A model generated the notes under the pieces. That model did no database searches and had not been told where the DNA came from. It saw nothing but the letters and a program-made list of their open reading frames with translations. From a virus, in the IMG/VR virus record IMGVR_UViG_3300025949_000019, positions 33,539 to 97,538 of that record: 64,000 nt of DNA. One strand, 5' to 3'. Shown here one piece after another: positions 17,992-27,349 of the stretch; the stretch's first letter is position 1; the number at the start of each line of letters is the position of its first letter. A program made the position numbers and the translations under genes.

Positions 17992-19832
17992 TTCCACAGC
18001 TAACCACAGCTAATACCTTCGGGGAATGGCAAAACGACACCCAACAATTGATTGTTTTGATGAATCAATTGACAGATGGTGCTCAATTCAATGCAAATAC
18101 ATTGCTTGTTCTAACCAAACTTCAGGTCGCAAACCTGATTGTTTCTGGTGCAATCATCAATGGTCTGAACACATCTTCCGTCGCTGAAGGAAGCAATCTC
18201 TATTTCACAGCCGCTAGGGTTCGTGCGAATGTATCCAATACGGGTCCAGTAACTTACGATGCCACAAACGGTATTTTTGGTTTTGCAAACAGTGGTGCAA
18301 CTGCTGGATCATATGGCGATGTAACACACCTTCCAGCCATAACAGTAGATAGATATGGTAGAATCACCTCTGTAGCAAACACAACAGTAAAACAACCAGT
18401 CCTAAAAAACAACACATTAATTTCAACTCGCGCCGGACTGAACTTCCAACCCGGTGCAAACATCGTAGTTACAATTTTCGATGATGCTGCAAACGACCAA
18501 GCTAATATTGTCCTAGACGGTGTTTGGGGTGGTGGACCTAACCCTCTTGGATTTACTAACTTCCTGATCAATTCTGTCTCTGTCGCAGCAAACACAAACG
18601 TAGTCAATTTCCTAGCTGGTCCGGGAGTTAACATTACCGGTGCATACAAAGCTGCCGGTGCTGGTGAGACTGATTTGTTCTTCTATTCGAACAATGCATA
18701 CGATACCGCAAATGCAGCCTTCCTAGAAGCAAACAGCGCAGCACTAGCGGCTAACACGGTTGCAACTGCGGCTAAGATCAGGGCTAATGTTTCGAATTCA
18801 GCACCGATCACATACGATGCAACAAACGGTATCTTTGGACTTGCTTCGTCTGGTGTTACTGCAACATCATATGGCAACACCTCGTATGTTGCATCGTTCA
18901 CGGTAGACGCAACTGGTAGAATAACATCTGCATCTAACGTAGCAGTAAACTACACTGGCGCAAGAGCCGTTCTATCTGCGACTGCACCGGTTGTTTACGA
19001 TACATCAAATGGAATCTTCTCGCTTGCTGCTTCAGGTGTCTCAGCTACAACATACGGCGATTCTACCCACGTTGCTTCATTTACTGTAGATGCAACTGGT
19101 AGAATAACAGCAGCGTCAAACGTTTCAGTCAACTACAACGGCGCAAGGTCTGTTTTATCAAATACAGCACCGGTTAATTATGACACGACAAATGGAATAT
19201 TCAGTCATGCAGCCAGCGGCGTCACCGCAAAAGGATATGGAGATTCTGTCGATATTCCAGTTATCGTTGTCGATGCATTCGGTCATTTGACGGCAGTAAC
19301 AAACACCGCAATTCGTTCTGCAAGCACATCACAAACTGGTATTGTACAGCTAAATGACAGCGTAACAAGCAATTCGGTTACATTGGCTGCAACTGCAAAT
19401 GCGGTGCTTACCGTAAACAATAGCATCACCGCGGTGAAAGCTGGATTAGGTACTATGGCTAGCCAGAGTTCCGCATCAGTTTCAATTACTGGCGGTTCAA
19501 TAACATCAACTTCTGTTTCTGCAACAAGAGTTTCTGAAACACTGAATCCAACATACAGTCCGGGAGCAAGTGCTGGTGTGTCAGTTGATTGGGGAAATGG
19601 TGGTTCGACAATAGTAACTAATGGAACAAACGCAATTACATTCATTAATATTCCAGCCGGAGTTGCTGGTCACATTGTCAAGATAGATAACTTCAATAAT
19701 GTAACGTGGCCTGCTGCTGTTGACTTTGGTGTTGGTGGAAAGCCGTCAATTGCTGGTGCTGCATATGTCACATTAACAACAATCAACAGCGGTACTGCAA
19801 TCGCAGCCTCAATTCTATGGCGTGCTGTCTAA
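17988..19832 (+). CDS. Tail fibre-like protein with 61-aa repeats
   Basis: NTFGEW N-terminus, EGSNLYFT..R, four YD.TNGIF..SG...YG...TVD..GRIT repeats and GIVQLND. Confidence 0.75.
   Translation: MIPQLTTANTFGEWQNDTQQLIVLMNQLTDGAQFNANTLLVLTKLQVANLIVSGAIINGLNTSSVAEGSNLYFTAARVRANVSNTGPVTYDATNGIFGFANSGATAGSYGDVTHLPAITVDRYGRITSVANTTVKQPVLKNNTLISTRAGLNFQPGANIVVTIFDDAANDQANIVLDGVWGGGPNPLGFTNFLINSVSVAANTNVVNFLAGPGVNITGAYKAAGAGETDLFFYSNNAYDTANAAFLEANSAALAANTVATAAKIRANVSNSAPITYDATNGIFGLASSGVTATSYGNTSYVASFTVDATGRITSASNVAVNYTGARAVLSATAPVVYDTSNGIFSLAASGVSATTYGDSTHVASFTVDATGRITAASNVSVNYNGARSVLSNTAPVNYDTTNGIFSHAASGVTAKGYGDSVDIPVIVVDAFGHLTAVTNTAIRSASTSQTGIVQLNDSVTSNSVTLAATANAVLTVNNSITAVKAGLGTMASQSSASVSITGGSITSTSVSATRVSETLNPTYSPGASAGVSVDWGNGGSTIVTNGTNAITFINIPAGVAGHIVKIDNFNNVTWPAAVDFGVGGKPSIAGAAYVTLTTINSGTAIAASILWRAV
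18780..19320 (+). repeat. Three tandem 183-nt (61-aa) coding repeats; a fourth copy lies near 18220
   Basis: Units start at 18780, 18963 and 19146 (RANVSNSAP / RAVLSATAP / RSVLSNTAP). Confidence 0.85.
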
Positions 19833-19840
19833 TAAATCTA

Positions 19841-20707
19841 ATGAAAAAACTTAGAAATTGTGTCTTCAAATTTAAGTCAAAAATGGGTGGTTGGTTAGCT
19901 CATAGAGGTGGTGGTGGTCGCCGTTCGATTTCCCTTGTAATTTCAGCCGATCAAACGTCACAATATAACATCTCTACTGCGGCAGGCTCACCAACAAGTG
20001 TTTGTGATATATTACTAACAATAAACAGCGCCGTTGTATTAAAGGCTGGTTTGGTAACTGGAATAATTCCGGCTGGCTCCACATTGAAAATAATAAACAA
20101 TGGAAGTATTATTGGTATAGGTGGTGCCGGAGGTAGTGGTGGTTCTGTTACGTCTTTAGCTGCTCTTGATGGATCGCCCGGCGGCGCGGGTGGAGATGCG
20201 ATTTCTCTAGCAATAAATGTGACAATCGATAATACTAATGGTAGTATATTTGGCGGTGGAGGCGGTGGAGGCGGTGGAGGTGCAGCAGCTTCAACAAACC
20301 CACCCCTAGACAATGCTTCGGCCGGAGGGTGCGGCGCCGGCGGTGGTGCTGGTTGGAATAATGCTTCGGGTGGTAATGGTGGTTCGGGTAGGTTTTCTGA
20401 TGGTGGTGGCACTTTTACTTCCGCACCAGGAACATCTGGAAGTTCTGGTGGAGCGGGTACTGGTGGTTCGGGCGGAAATTTCGATACTTATTTTGATACT
20501 GGCGGTAATGGTGGTAATGGTGGCGATTTTGGCGTTGCTGGTGGTACAGGCGGAGATGGTGTTCCAAATACGTCTGCACACCCAAATACTGTTGCTGGTC
20601 TTGGTGGTATTGGTGGTCCCGCTGGGTTTGCTGTCCGACTAGCTGGTCACACCTGTACATTCTTGGGTGGTAATAATGGCACACAGGTAAAAGGGCTGGT
20701 AGCCTAA
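19841..20707 (+). CDS. Glycine-rich receptor-binding adhesin, gp38-like (start 19841 or 19883)
   Basis: IINNGSIIGIGGAGG, IDNTNGSIFGGGGGGGGGG and alternating polyglycine segments and loops, as in T-even gp38; follows a fibre gene. Confidence 0.65.
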   Translation: MKKLRNCVFKFKSKMGGWLAHRGGGGRRSISLVISADQTSQYNISTAAGSPTSVCDILLTINSAVVLKAGLVTGIIPAGSTLKIINNGSIIGIGGAGGSGGSVTSLAALDGSPGGAGGDAISLAINVTIDNTNGSIFGGGGGGGGGGAAASTNPPLDNASAGGCGAGGGAGWNNASGGNGGSGRFSDGGGTFTSAPGTSGSSGGAGTGGSGGNFDTYFDTGGNGGNGGDFGVAGGTGGDGVPNTSAHPNTVAGLGGIGGPAGFAVRLAGHTCTFLGGNNGTQVKGLVA

Positions 20708-20710
20708 ATA
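20703..20710 (+). promoter_or_regulatory. T4-type late promoter variant (CCTAAATA)
   Basis: TAAATA core at the gene junction, 10 nt before an ATG. Confidence 0.5.
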
Positions 20711-20720
20711 GAGTGTATAT

Positions 20721-21062
20721 ATGTCAACATTTATTGAATACACAGTAGAACAAAATGCCACCTTCAAGACGCAATTGCAACTGAAGGATGATACTGGTGT
20801 TGGTTTGAATTTGGTTTCATACGTAGTTTCATCTCAGGTTAGAAGGTCTTATTCTTCTATGAATGTAGCTACAAATATTGTCTGTACTATGATTGATGCC
20901 CCAAATGGTGTAGTTCAACTGTCAATATCATATGCAAATACAGCAAACATAAAAGCTGGGCGATATGTCTATGATGTTGTAGCACTAAACAATTCAACAA
21001 GCGAAGAACTAAGATTAATAGAAGGTATTATGACAATCACGCCAGCCGTCACACGACCATAA
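20721..21062 (+). CDS. Small virion structural protein
   Basis: EQ.ATF..., GRYVYDV..RLIEG.MTITP.VT, a pattern common in T4-like tail regions. Confidence 0.65.
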   Translation: MSTFIEYTVEQNATFKTQLQLKDDTGVGLNLVSYVVSSQVRRSYSSMNVATNIVCTMIDAPNGVVQLSISYANTANIKAGRYVYDVVALNNSTSEELRLIEGIMTITPAVTRP

Positions 21063-21093
21063 AAGAAAGAAAAAGAAGGGTATATGGCACAAA

Positions 21094-21555
21094 ATGCAAA
21101 CCACAGTACAAAGTATTTGGGATATCACATCGAGAGCAGACAGCATCTCTACGTTGATAACAGGAATCTTGGTTGTTTTATTCGTAGCTGGTAAGCTAGG
21201 CCTTGACTGGTGGAATAAAAAGCAAGCACAGAAAAAACAACAACAAGAACAAATCGCACCAACATATCACTCAGACGAAGAACTAGATTCGATAGAATTA
21301 ATCACTGGTACATACATAGAAATCATAAAGAAACTAAGAACAGAGGTTGATAAATTAAAGGAAGATGTTGCAATCCTAGAGACATTAAGGAAAGACAACG
21401 AGAAATTAGAACAAGAAGTACAGCACTTGAGAGACCAAAACAAGATATTGATAGAAGCTAAGACAAGATTGGAAACAAAGATCAAGAATCTATCAGTAAA
21501 AGTAAAGAAGTTAGAAGCAACAAAAAAACAAAAAACGAAGAACAGGAGTAAATAA
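21094..21555 (+). CDS. Membrane-anchored coiled-coil protein
   Basis: One hydrophobic segment (LITGILVVLFVAG), a long heptad region and a basic tail. Confidence 0.65.
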   Translation: MQTTVQSIWDITSRADSISTLITGILVVLFVAGKLGLDWWNKKQAQKKQQQEQIAPTYHSDEELDSIELITGTYIEIIKKLRTEVDKLKEDVAILETLRKDNEKLEQEVQHLRDQNKILIEAKTRLETKIKNLSVKVKKLEATKKQKTKNRSK

Positions 21556-21557
21556 GA

Positions 21558-21965
21558 ATGGCTCTAAATGCCCCAAACGAAGGCGAAGCAAGGATGCTCA
21601 AGTACATTGTGAACAATGCAACACCTGAGGACCTCTACTTAGTCCTTTTTGGCAACAACATGACACCAGCCGAGAATGATAACGTTACGTTCTATACTGA
21701 AGTCTCTGGTGGTGGATATGCAAACATCTCACTTGCTGGTGCAAACTGGACTGTGACTGCTGGTAACAACTCGTTTGCTACATATGCAGCCCAGACATTT
21801 AACTTCACAGGTGCGACAACTCCAAACACTGTCTATGGATACATGCTCAAGGGAAAAACCTCTAACACAGTAATGTGGTCAGAGAGATTTACCGATGGTC
21901 CATATCCAATCAACAATAACGGAGATGCAATCACAGTCACACCACGTCTTGAACTAGAAGGCTAA
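21558..21965 (+). CDS. Tail-associated structural protein
   Basis: SD AGGAG; PNEGE..L.LF.N..TP..EVSGGGY..VYGY..ERF pattern typical of phage tail accessory proteins. Confidence 0.65.
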   Translation: MALNAPNEGEARMLKYIVNNATPEDLYLVLFGNNMTPAENDNVTFYTEVSGGGYANISLAGANWTVTAGNNSFATYAAQTFNFTGATTPNTVYGYMLKGKTSNTVMWSERFTDGPYPINNNGDAITVTPRLELEG

Positions 21966-21971
21966 TCTATT

Positions 21972-22685
21972 ATGAGGCAGTACATTGATAAACTTTGCGC
22001 TTTGCATGGGTATCTAACACAAGCAAGCGCAGAGGTTGGTGTAACACCGGGCGCCGGCGTCAACGTTGCAACAATGCAGGTTGTTTCTGGCGCAAATACA
22101 GTGCAATATCAAGTTGTCATGGTTGCAGACGAATCTGGACACGTTCAAGATTCCCTTCCGACATACTACTATGTCACGCCATCAATTGGAACTGGTGCAA
22201 ATAAGGTGTGGTTAGATATGTTCAATGCGACTGGTTCAGGTAAGACTATGGATATTCGTGGCTTGTGGATATCACCTAACGCAACCGTCGCTGTCACAGG
22301 AACACTTGGTATTCGCCTTGACTTGTTTAGAAGTAATACTGTCGGAACTGGCGGAACGGCTGCAACCTTCGATGCTGCTGCGGCAGAACAAGCCGGCGGC
22401 AACATTTGGAGAGCGGACGTTAACGATGCAGCAATACCAGCCCAAGTCACAGCTAGAGTTGCACCAACAGGAGGAGCTACGGCAAATTGTTGGTTGTTTT
22501 CTATGCAGTATTTTCCAGAAGAAACAAACGCCGCAATTACCTTAACTCCGGGCATTAACTGGATTCCAACATTAAACTTTGGTAAGAGGATTGTTCTTAG
22601 GGAAGGTTTTGGTCTCAAGATCGTTCAAGGTGCAGTTGCTTCAGTTGGTAATGCTTCTATATTGATAGCTTTTTCACTTCAATAA
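21972..22685 (+). CDS. Hypothetical virion protein
   Basis: 237-aa Ala/Gly/Thr-rich, beta-type ORF in the structural cluster. Confidence 0.55.
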   Translation: MRQYIDKLCALHGYLTQASAEVGVTPGAGVNVATMQVVSGANTVQYQVVMVADESGHVQDSLPTYYYVTPSIGTGANKVWLDMFNATGSGKTMDIRGLWISPNATVAVTGTLGIRLDLFRSNTVGTGGTAATFDAAAAEQAGGNIWRADVNDAAIPAQVTARVAPTGGATANCWLFSMQYFPEETNAAITLTPGINWIPTLNFGKRIVLREGFGLKIVQGAVASVGNASILIAFSLQ

Positions 22686-22708
22686 TTTTCATTTAGGAGG
22701 TATCTGCT

Positions 22709-24301
22709 ATGCTACTTCTTTTGCTAAGAAATAGCAATAGTGCTACCTCCCACGCCTATGTTCCAACCGGTCAGTTAATTACGGTCTCTGGAACCGCTGT
22801 TGCTTCAACAAAATTTGTCTATTCTCCATCAGGCACTATTAAAGTGTCTGGAACCGATGTTGTCTCAAAGAAACTAAAATACGTTCCAACTGGTCAGAGA
22901 TTAAATCTAGCTGGCACTGGCAACTTCAACAAGAAGTTTGTATGGTCTCCATCTGGTCAAATCCTAAAGATTTCTGGTGTTGCAGCAGACAAGAAGACAT
23001 TCAAGTGGACTTCTGCGGGATCAACAATACTAATATCCGGCTCTGCAACAACTTCATTACATCTAGGATCAATTCATTACACATACACACCAACCGGCCA
23101 AATAATCAAGGTCTTTGGTGTCGATACAGTCTCCAAGAAACTAAGATACGTTCCAAGCGGTCAACTGGTTAGAGTAGCTGGAACCGATCTAGCGACCAAG
23201 AAACTATCATACAGTCCAACTGGTGTCATAAGGATTGCCGGCACTGTTTCTGGTGTTATCAAGTTGAAGTATGTCCCAAGTGGCCAACTAATCAAGGTTT
23301 CTGGAACTGATTTAGTAACCAAGAAACTGTCATATGCTGCAACTGGTCTAATCAAAGTTTCTGGCACTGTTATTGCAGGAAACAAATTTGCATACAGTCC
23401 GACAGGTTTGATCAAGGTTGCAGGTGTAGCAACAACCGCAAAGACAACACAATTCCTATATCACCCAGCCGGAGTTATTTCTGTAGCTGGCACCTCTAGA
23501 ATCACGAAGAAACTTGTTTATGCATTCCAAAGTGGTTTGTTGAGAATCGCAGCCTCATCAGTTTCATATTCATTCAAGAAATCAGTCAAACCTACTGGTC
23601 AGCTACTAAAAGTAGCCGGTACTGCGACAACGCGCAAAGCCGCTGCACGAACCTATAGTCCAGTAGGAACTATCAGAATCTCCGGAAATGTCAACACAGC
23701 CACTATCAAGCTGAAATACCAAGCAAGTGGTACAATTTCGGTAGCCGGTGCTGCGGCTCATCATCTAAAAATAATTAGCACCGTTAAAAGCGGCTTACTC
23801 AGACTTTCTGGAACTGGCTCATACAGGAAAACCTTTGCATATCAACCACTTGGACACGCTTTTAGTTTAAGCGGCGGATTGCTGAATAAGAAGATATCTT
23901 TAGTTTGGCAGGCTTCTGGCGCCGTGATTCTGTCTGGGCAAAGTACCATTTCGAAGAAAATCACGTTCAAATCAGACGGTTTGTTGATCAATCTTTCGAA
24001 CTCAATAAAAAACTATGGCTCATTCATCGGCAGTAAGCATAGTTACGTAGCCTCAGGTGGTTTGTTTGTCTATGACGATGCTAAGAATGATGAAGGTTGG
24101 CATGGTTCGCCATTGATGTATTCCGTGTTCTATAAGCGTGGATCATATGGTTATACGACAAAAACTAGCTCTCGTTCTGATAAATTTACAGGTAACAATG
24201 AAGTTCATTTGGTTGGTTCATCCAATGAAAACAGGGTTCATAACACGGGTACTGTGTCTAGCAGTATTCGACGTGATACCGTTATCATAAGAAAACGATA
24301 A
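22709..24301 (+). CDS. Basic repeat protein (about 20 repeats of 20-21 aa)
   Basis: SD AGGAGG; repeat consensus KKLxYxP(S/T)GQxIKVxGT. Confidence 0.75.
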   Translation: MLLLLLRNSNSATSHAYVPTGQLITVSGTAVASTKFVYSPSGTIKVSGTDVVSKKLKYVPTGQRLNLAGTGNFNKKFVWSPSGQILKISGVAADKKTFKWTSAGSTILISGSATTSLHLGSIHYTYTPTGQIIKVFGVDTVSKKLRYVPSGQLVRVAGTDLATKKLSYSPTGVIRIAGTVSGVIKLKYVPSGQLIKVSGTDLVTKKLSYAATGLIKVSGTVIAGNKFAYSPTGLIKVAGVATTAKTTQFLYHPAGVISVAGTSRITKKLVYAFQSGLLRIAASSVSYSFKKSVKPTGQLLKVAGTATTRKAAARTYSPVGTIRISGNVNTATIKLKYQASGTISVAGAAAHHLKIISTVKSGLLRLSGTGSYRKTFAYQPLGHAFSLSGGLLNKKISLVWQASGAVILSGQSTISKKITFKSDGLLINLSNSIKNYGSFIGSKHSYVASGGLFVYDDAKNDEGWHGSPLMYSVFYKRGSYGYTTKTSSRSDKFTGNNEVHLVGSSNENRVHNTGTVSSSIRRDTVIIRKR

Positions 24302-24304
24302 ATA
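24297..24304 (+). promoter_or_regulatory. T4-type late promoter variant (GATAAATA)
   Basis: Upstream of the gp13 SD (AGGAG) and start. Confidence 0.55.
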
Positions 24305-24330
24305 GGTAAAATACACAGGAGAGAAAATAG

Positions 24331-25083
24331 ATGGCGTTTCCAACAACCAGAGACCAATTTACCGATCGTTGCTTAAGAGCCCTTGGTGCGCCTGTCATTG
24401 AGATTAACGTAGATGAAGATCAGGTAGCAGACAGAATTGACGATGCATTGAACAAATATTGGGACTATCACCATGACGGTATCGAGCATATGTACCTAAA
24501 ATACCAAATAACGGCTGGTGACGTTGCCAACACATATATTCCAATTCCAGATAACGTCCGTGGTGTAACGCGCATTCTTCCATTAGTCGGTGGTGGTCTG
24601 ACTTCCGGTGCTATCAATATGTTTGATGTTAGATATCAGTACATGCTGAATAATCTACCAAACTTTACTTCACTATCGTATGTTGATTTTGAAATCACGA
24701 TGATGCACATCGAAATGTTGAACATGTTTTTCAACGGACTTCCCGGAATTCGCTTTAACGTAAAGACAAATAGACTATGGCTTGATATTGATTGGAAAGT
24801 GGATACACTTCCGGGACAGTGGGTTATCATTGAGGCTTCCACAATTGTTGATCCAGATGCATATCCAAAGACATGGAGTGATGATTGGTTGTTTAGATAT
24901 TCTACATGTCTGATCAAACGCCAGTGGGGTGCGAATTTAAAAAAATTCAATGCAGTTCAATTACCCGGTGGAATCATGCTAGATGGTCAGACGATCTACA
25001 ATGAAGCTGAGGCTGATAGAGTTGCACTAGAATTAGAACTTCGTGATGTTCATGAGGAACCACCAGCCTTCATAATGGGCTAA
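24331..25083 (+). CDS. gp13: Neck protein gp13
   Basis: CLRALGAPVIEINVDEDQV.DRID.AL, KRQWG.NLKKF..QLPGG..LDG. Confidence 0.93.
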   Translation: MAFPTTRDQFTDRCLRALGAPVIEINVDEDQVADRIDDALNKYWDYHHDGIEHMYLKYQITAGDVANTYIPIPDNVRGVTRILPLVGGGLTSGAINMFDVRYQYMLNNLPNFTSLSYVDFEITMMHIEMLNMFFNGLPGIRFNVKTNRLWLDIDWKVDTLPGQWVIIEASTIVDPDAYPKTWSDDWLFRYSTCLIKRQWGANLKKFNAVQLPGGIMLDGQTIYNEAEADRVALELELRDVHEEPPAFIMG

Positions 25084-25089
25084 AGAAAA

Positions 25090-25992
25090 ATGTCATCGAC
25101 ATATATCAATTCTCAAGCATTACTAGGTGTCTCAGGTGAACAATATATAATTGAAGACCTGATGAATGAGGTCATTCATAATTTTGGCATCGATGCATAT
25201 TTGATCCCAAGAGATGAAAATACTCCATTTGATATGGTCTATGGTGAGGACCCACTAAAGACATTCAAGAAAAATTTCGGCATTGAAGTCTACATCAACA
25301 ACCCGACTCAATGGGATGGTGTTGGTGATTTCTTTTCTAAGTTTGGTCTTGAATTTAGGGATGATAGTAATATCATTGTAACTCGAAGAATGTTCATGAG
25401 AAGGGTGCCCACGATTTACAACCAACAAGGTGGCGGACCAAGAGAAGGCGATCTAATTTGGATTCCACTGACAAATGCACTTGTTGAAATCAAGAACACA
25501 AACGAAGAAAAAAGCTTCTACATGCTAGGTAGAAAAGTCCCATATTTCTATGAAATGAGATGTGAACGCTTCCGTTACTCGAACGAGAAATTTACTACTG
25601 GATTGGATGACGTGGACAGCCAACTTATCGATCATGGATATTTGATTCAATTCAATCTGTCCACAACGGGGAATGGATTCTATACAAAGTACGAGACTGT
25701 CTATCAGTCACCAACACCATTGCCACTAGACCAGATCGCACTTGTAAACGCAACTGCTGTCGTAGAAGAATATGATTCATCTAGAGCAATCTTGAACGTT
25801 GCTCACACGAAAGGCGTCTTTACTGCAAACATCCCAATTTGGGGTGCAAACAGCAATGCTTCTTATGTCTTGATTAGCTACGATGATATGATGGATGTTC
25901 GTGAGGATACAATCATTGATAACAGACGTTTGGAAATCGAAGGTAATAACATCATCGACTTCACAGTTCAAAACCCATTCGGAACACCATAA
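25090..25992 (+). CDS. gp14: Neck protein gp14
   Basis: FG..AYLIPR, FFSKFGLE..D, PREGDLIW.P, FY.LG, C-terminal NPFG. Confidence 0.92.
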   Translation: MSSTYINSQALLGVSGEQYIIEDLMNEVIHNFGIDAYLIPRDENTPFDMVYGEDPLKTFKKNFGIEVYINNPTQWDGVGDFFSKFGLEFRDDSNIIVTRRMFMRRVPTIYNQQGGGPREGDLIWIPLTNALVEIKNTNEEKSFYMLGRKVPYFYEMRCERFRYSNEKFTTGLDDVDSQLIDHGYLIQFNLSTTGNGFYTKYETVYQSPTPLPLDQIALVNATAVVEEYDSSRAILNVAHTKGVFTANIPIWGANSNASYVLISYDDMMDVREDTIIDNRRLEIEGNNIIDFTVQNPFGTP

Positions 25993-25995
25993 AAT

Positions 25996-26322
25996 ATGAG
26001 TAAGGTGAAGACATTTAAAGAATTGATGGTAGATTTGAGAAGGGGATACGATCCAGCCAGAGGTTGGGCCGAGGTTCACTTAAAAGGCGTCTATCGAATT
26101 CCATTAAAACATATCAGGTCGACAGCAAATCCTCAATTTTATGGAAATGTCAAGAAATATGCAAGATGGCTCAAAAAAGGAAGAGCCAAAACAGTACCAC
26201 CTATCGTAGTTTATCGTGGAGAGAGCAACAAGCATTTTTACGTCTATGATGGACTCCATAGATTAAAAGCACATAGATTAGTAAAAAGAAAATCAATTAA
26301 GGCAAAGGTAGACGCATTCTAA
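25996..26322 (+). CDS. Small basic ParB/Sulfiredoxin-like domain protein with capsid-targeting-like N-terminus
   Basis: PPIVV..YVYDGLHRLKA motif; N-terminal KTFKELMVD. Confidence 0.7.
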   Translation: MSKVKTFKELMVDLRRGYDPARGWAEVHLKGVYRIPLKHIRSTANPQFYGNVKKYARWLKKGRAKTVPPIVVYRGESNKHFYVYDGLHRLKAHRLVKRKSIKAKVDAF

Positions 26323-26323
26323 A

Positions 26324-27349
26324 ATGCTTCAGGGACATTTTTATCACAAGACACTTAGGAAGATCGTTGCTGCATTCGGCACGATGTTCAATTCCATCAT
26401 ATTGGTAAAGTATGATGCGAACATGGTTGAGCAAGAACGCCTAAAAGTCCCATTGACATATGCACAGAAAGAAAAGTTCATCTATGCATTGATTACAGAG
26501 AATGTTCCAAAGAAGATAACACAGATCGAACTCCCAAGAATGTCCTTTGAAATGACAGGTCTTGCATATGACGCACAGAGAAAACTGCCGTCATTGAACA
26601 GAAACTTCAATAGAAACACATCCAACAATTCATTGCTAGTCCAGAATTACACGCCAGTTCCATATGATTTCTCATTTGAATTGAACATTTATACTCGAAA
26701 CATTGAAGACATGAGCCAGATCATCGAGCAGATTGTTCCGTATTTCACACCAGATTATACTGTAACAATTTCATTAGTGAATGAAAATGGGGTTGCAATC
26801 AACAGGGACATTCCAATAACGCTCCAAGGAATCATTCCACAGGTTGAATTTGACTCGGATGGTATAACTCCTAGAGTCGTGATATATACAATGTCATTCA
26901 CGATGAAAGCCTATCTATTTGGACCATTAACGAACTCTGCAATCATCAGAAAAGCCTTTGCTTCGATCTATGACACACTAGCTGAAGATACAGAGGAAAC
27001 AATCGTTATGCAAGCTGGCGGAATTGGAAACTATAGATTTGAAGAAGAAGTCTATGCAGGTAACAACTGGATCAATGCAGATTGGACCGGTCGTGTTATC
27101 AATTGGGATTTGTCTAGAAGAACACTGTATATCTATCAAGTTCAAGGAAAGAACCTGCCCACAAACGGAGACATTGTGACTGGATTTGAATCTGGTGCTC
27201 GTTGGAATATAGCAACTGCATCTCGTTCGTTCTTGAAACACGCACAGATCGTCGCAGAACCATTCCCAACGACAGCAAACGTTGGAGATGCAAATGTCAT
27301 CTTTACTGCTAATACAACAGAATTCCCTAACACCGCACCTGGACCTTAA
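26324..27349 (+). CDS. gp15: Tail sheath stabiliser/terminator gp15
   Basis: FYHKTLRK...AFGTMFN, KVPLTYA.KEKF, LPRMSFEM, PVPY.F.FEL and QIIEQIVPYF.P motifs. Confidence 0.93.
   Translation: MLQGHFYHKTLRKIVAAFGTMFNSIILVKYDANMVEQERLKVPLTYAQKEKFIYALITENVPKKITQIELPRMSFEMTGLAYDAQRKLPSLNRNFNRNTSNNSLLVQNYTPVPYDFSFELNIYTRNIEDMSQIIEQIVPYFTPDYTVTISLVNENGVAINRDIPITLQGIIPQVEFDSDGITPRVVIYTMSFTMKAYLFGPLTNSAIIRKAFASIYDTLAEDTEETIVMQAGGIGNYRFEEEVYAGNNWINADWTGRVINWDLSRRTLYIYQVQGKNLPTNGDIVTGFESGARWNIATASRSFLKHAQIVAEPFPTTANVGDANVIFTANTTEFPNTAPGP

Noticed and set aside
11509-20707. Many short antisense or alternate-frame ORFs within structural genes
   Set aside because: They are fully nested in well-supported genes, carry no motifs and are explained by codon bias.
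18780-24000. Repeats as a CRISPR array or DGR template/variable pair
   Set aside because: They are degenerate in-frame coding repeats with no constant repeat-spacer pattern or adenine-specific differences, and no reverse transcriptase is present in the window.
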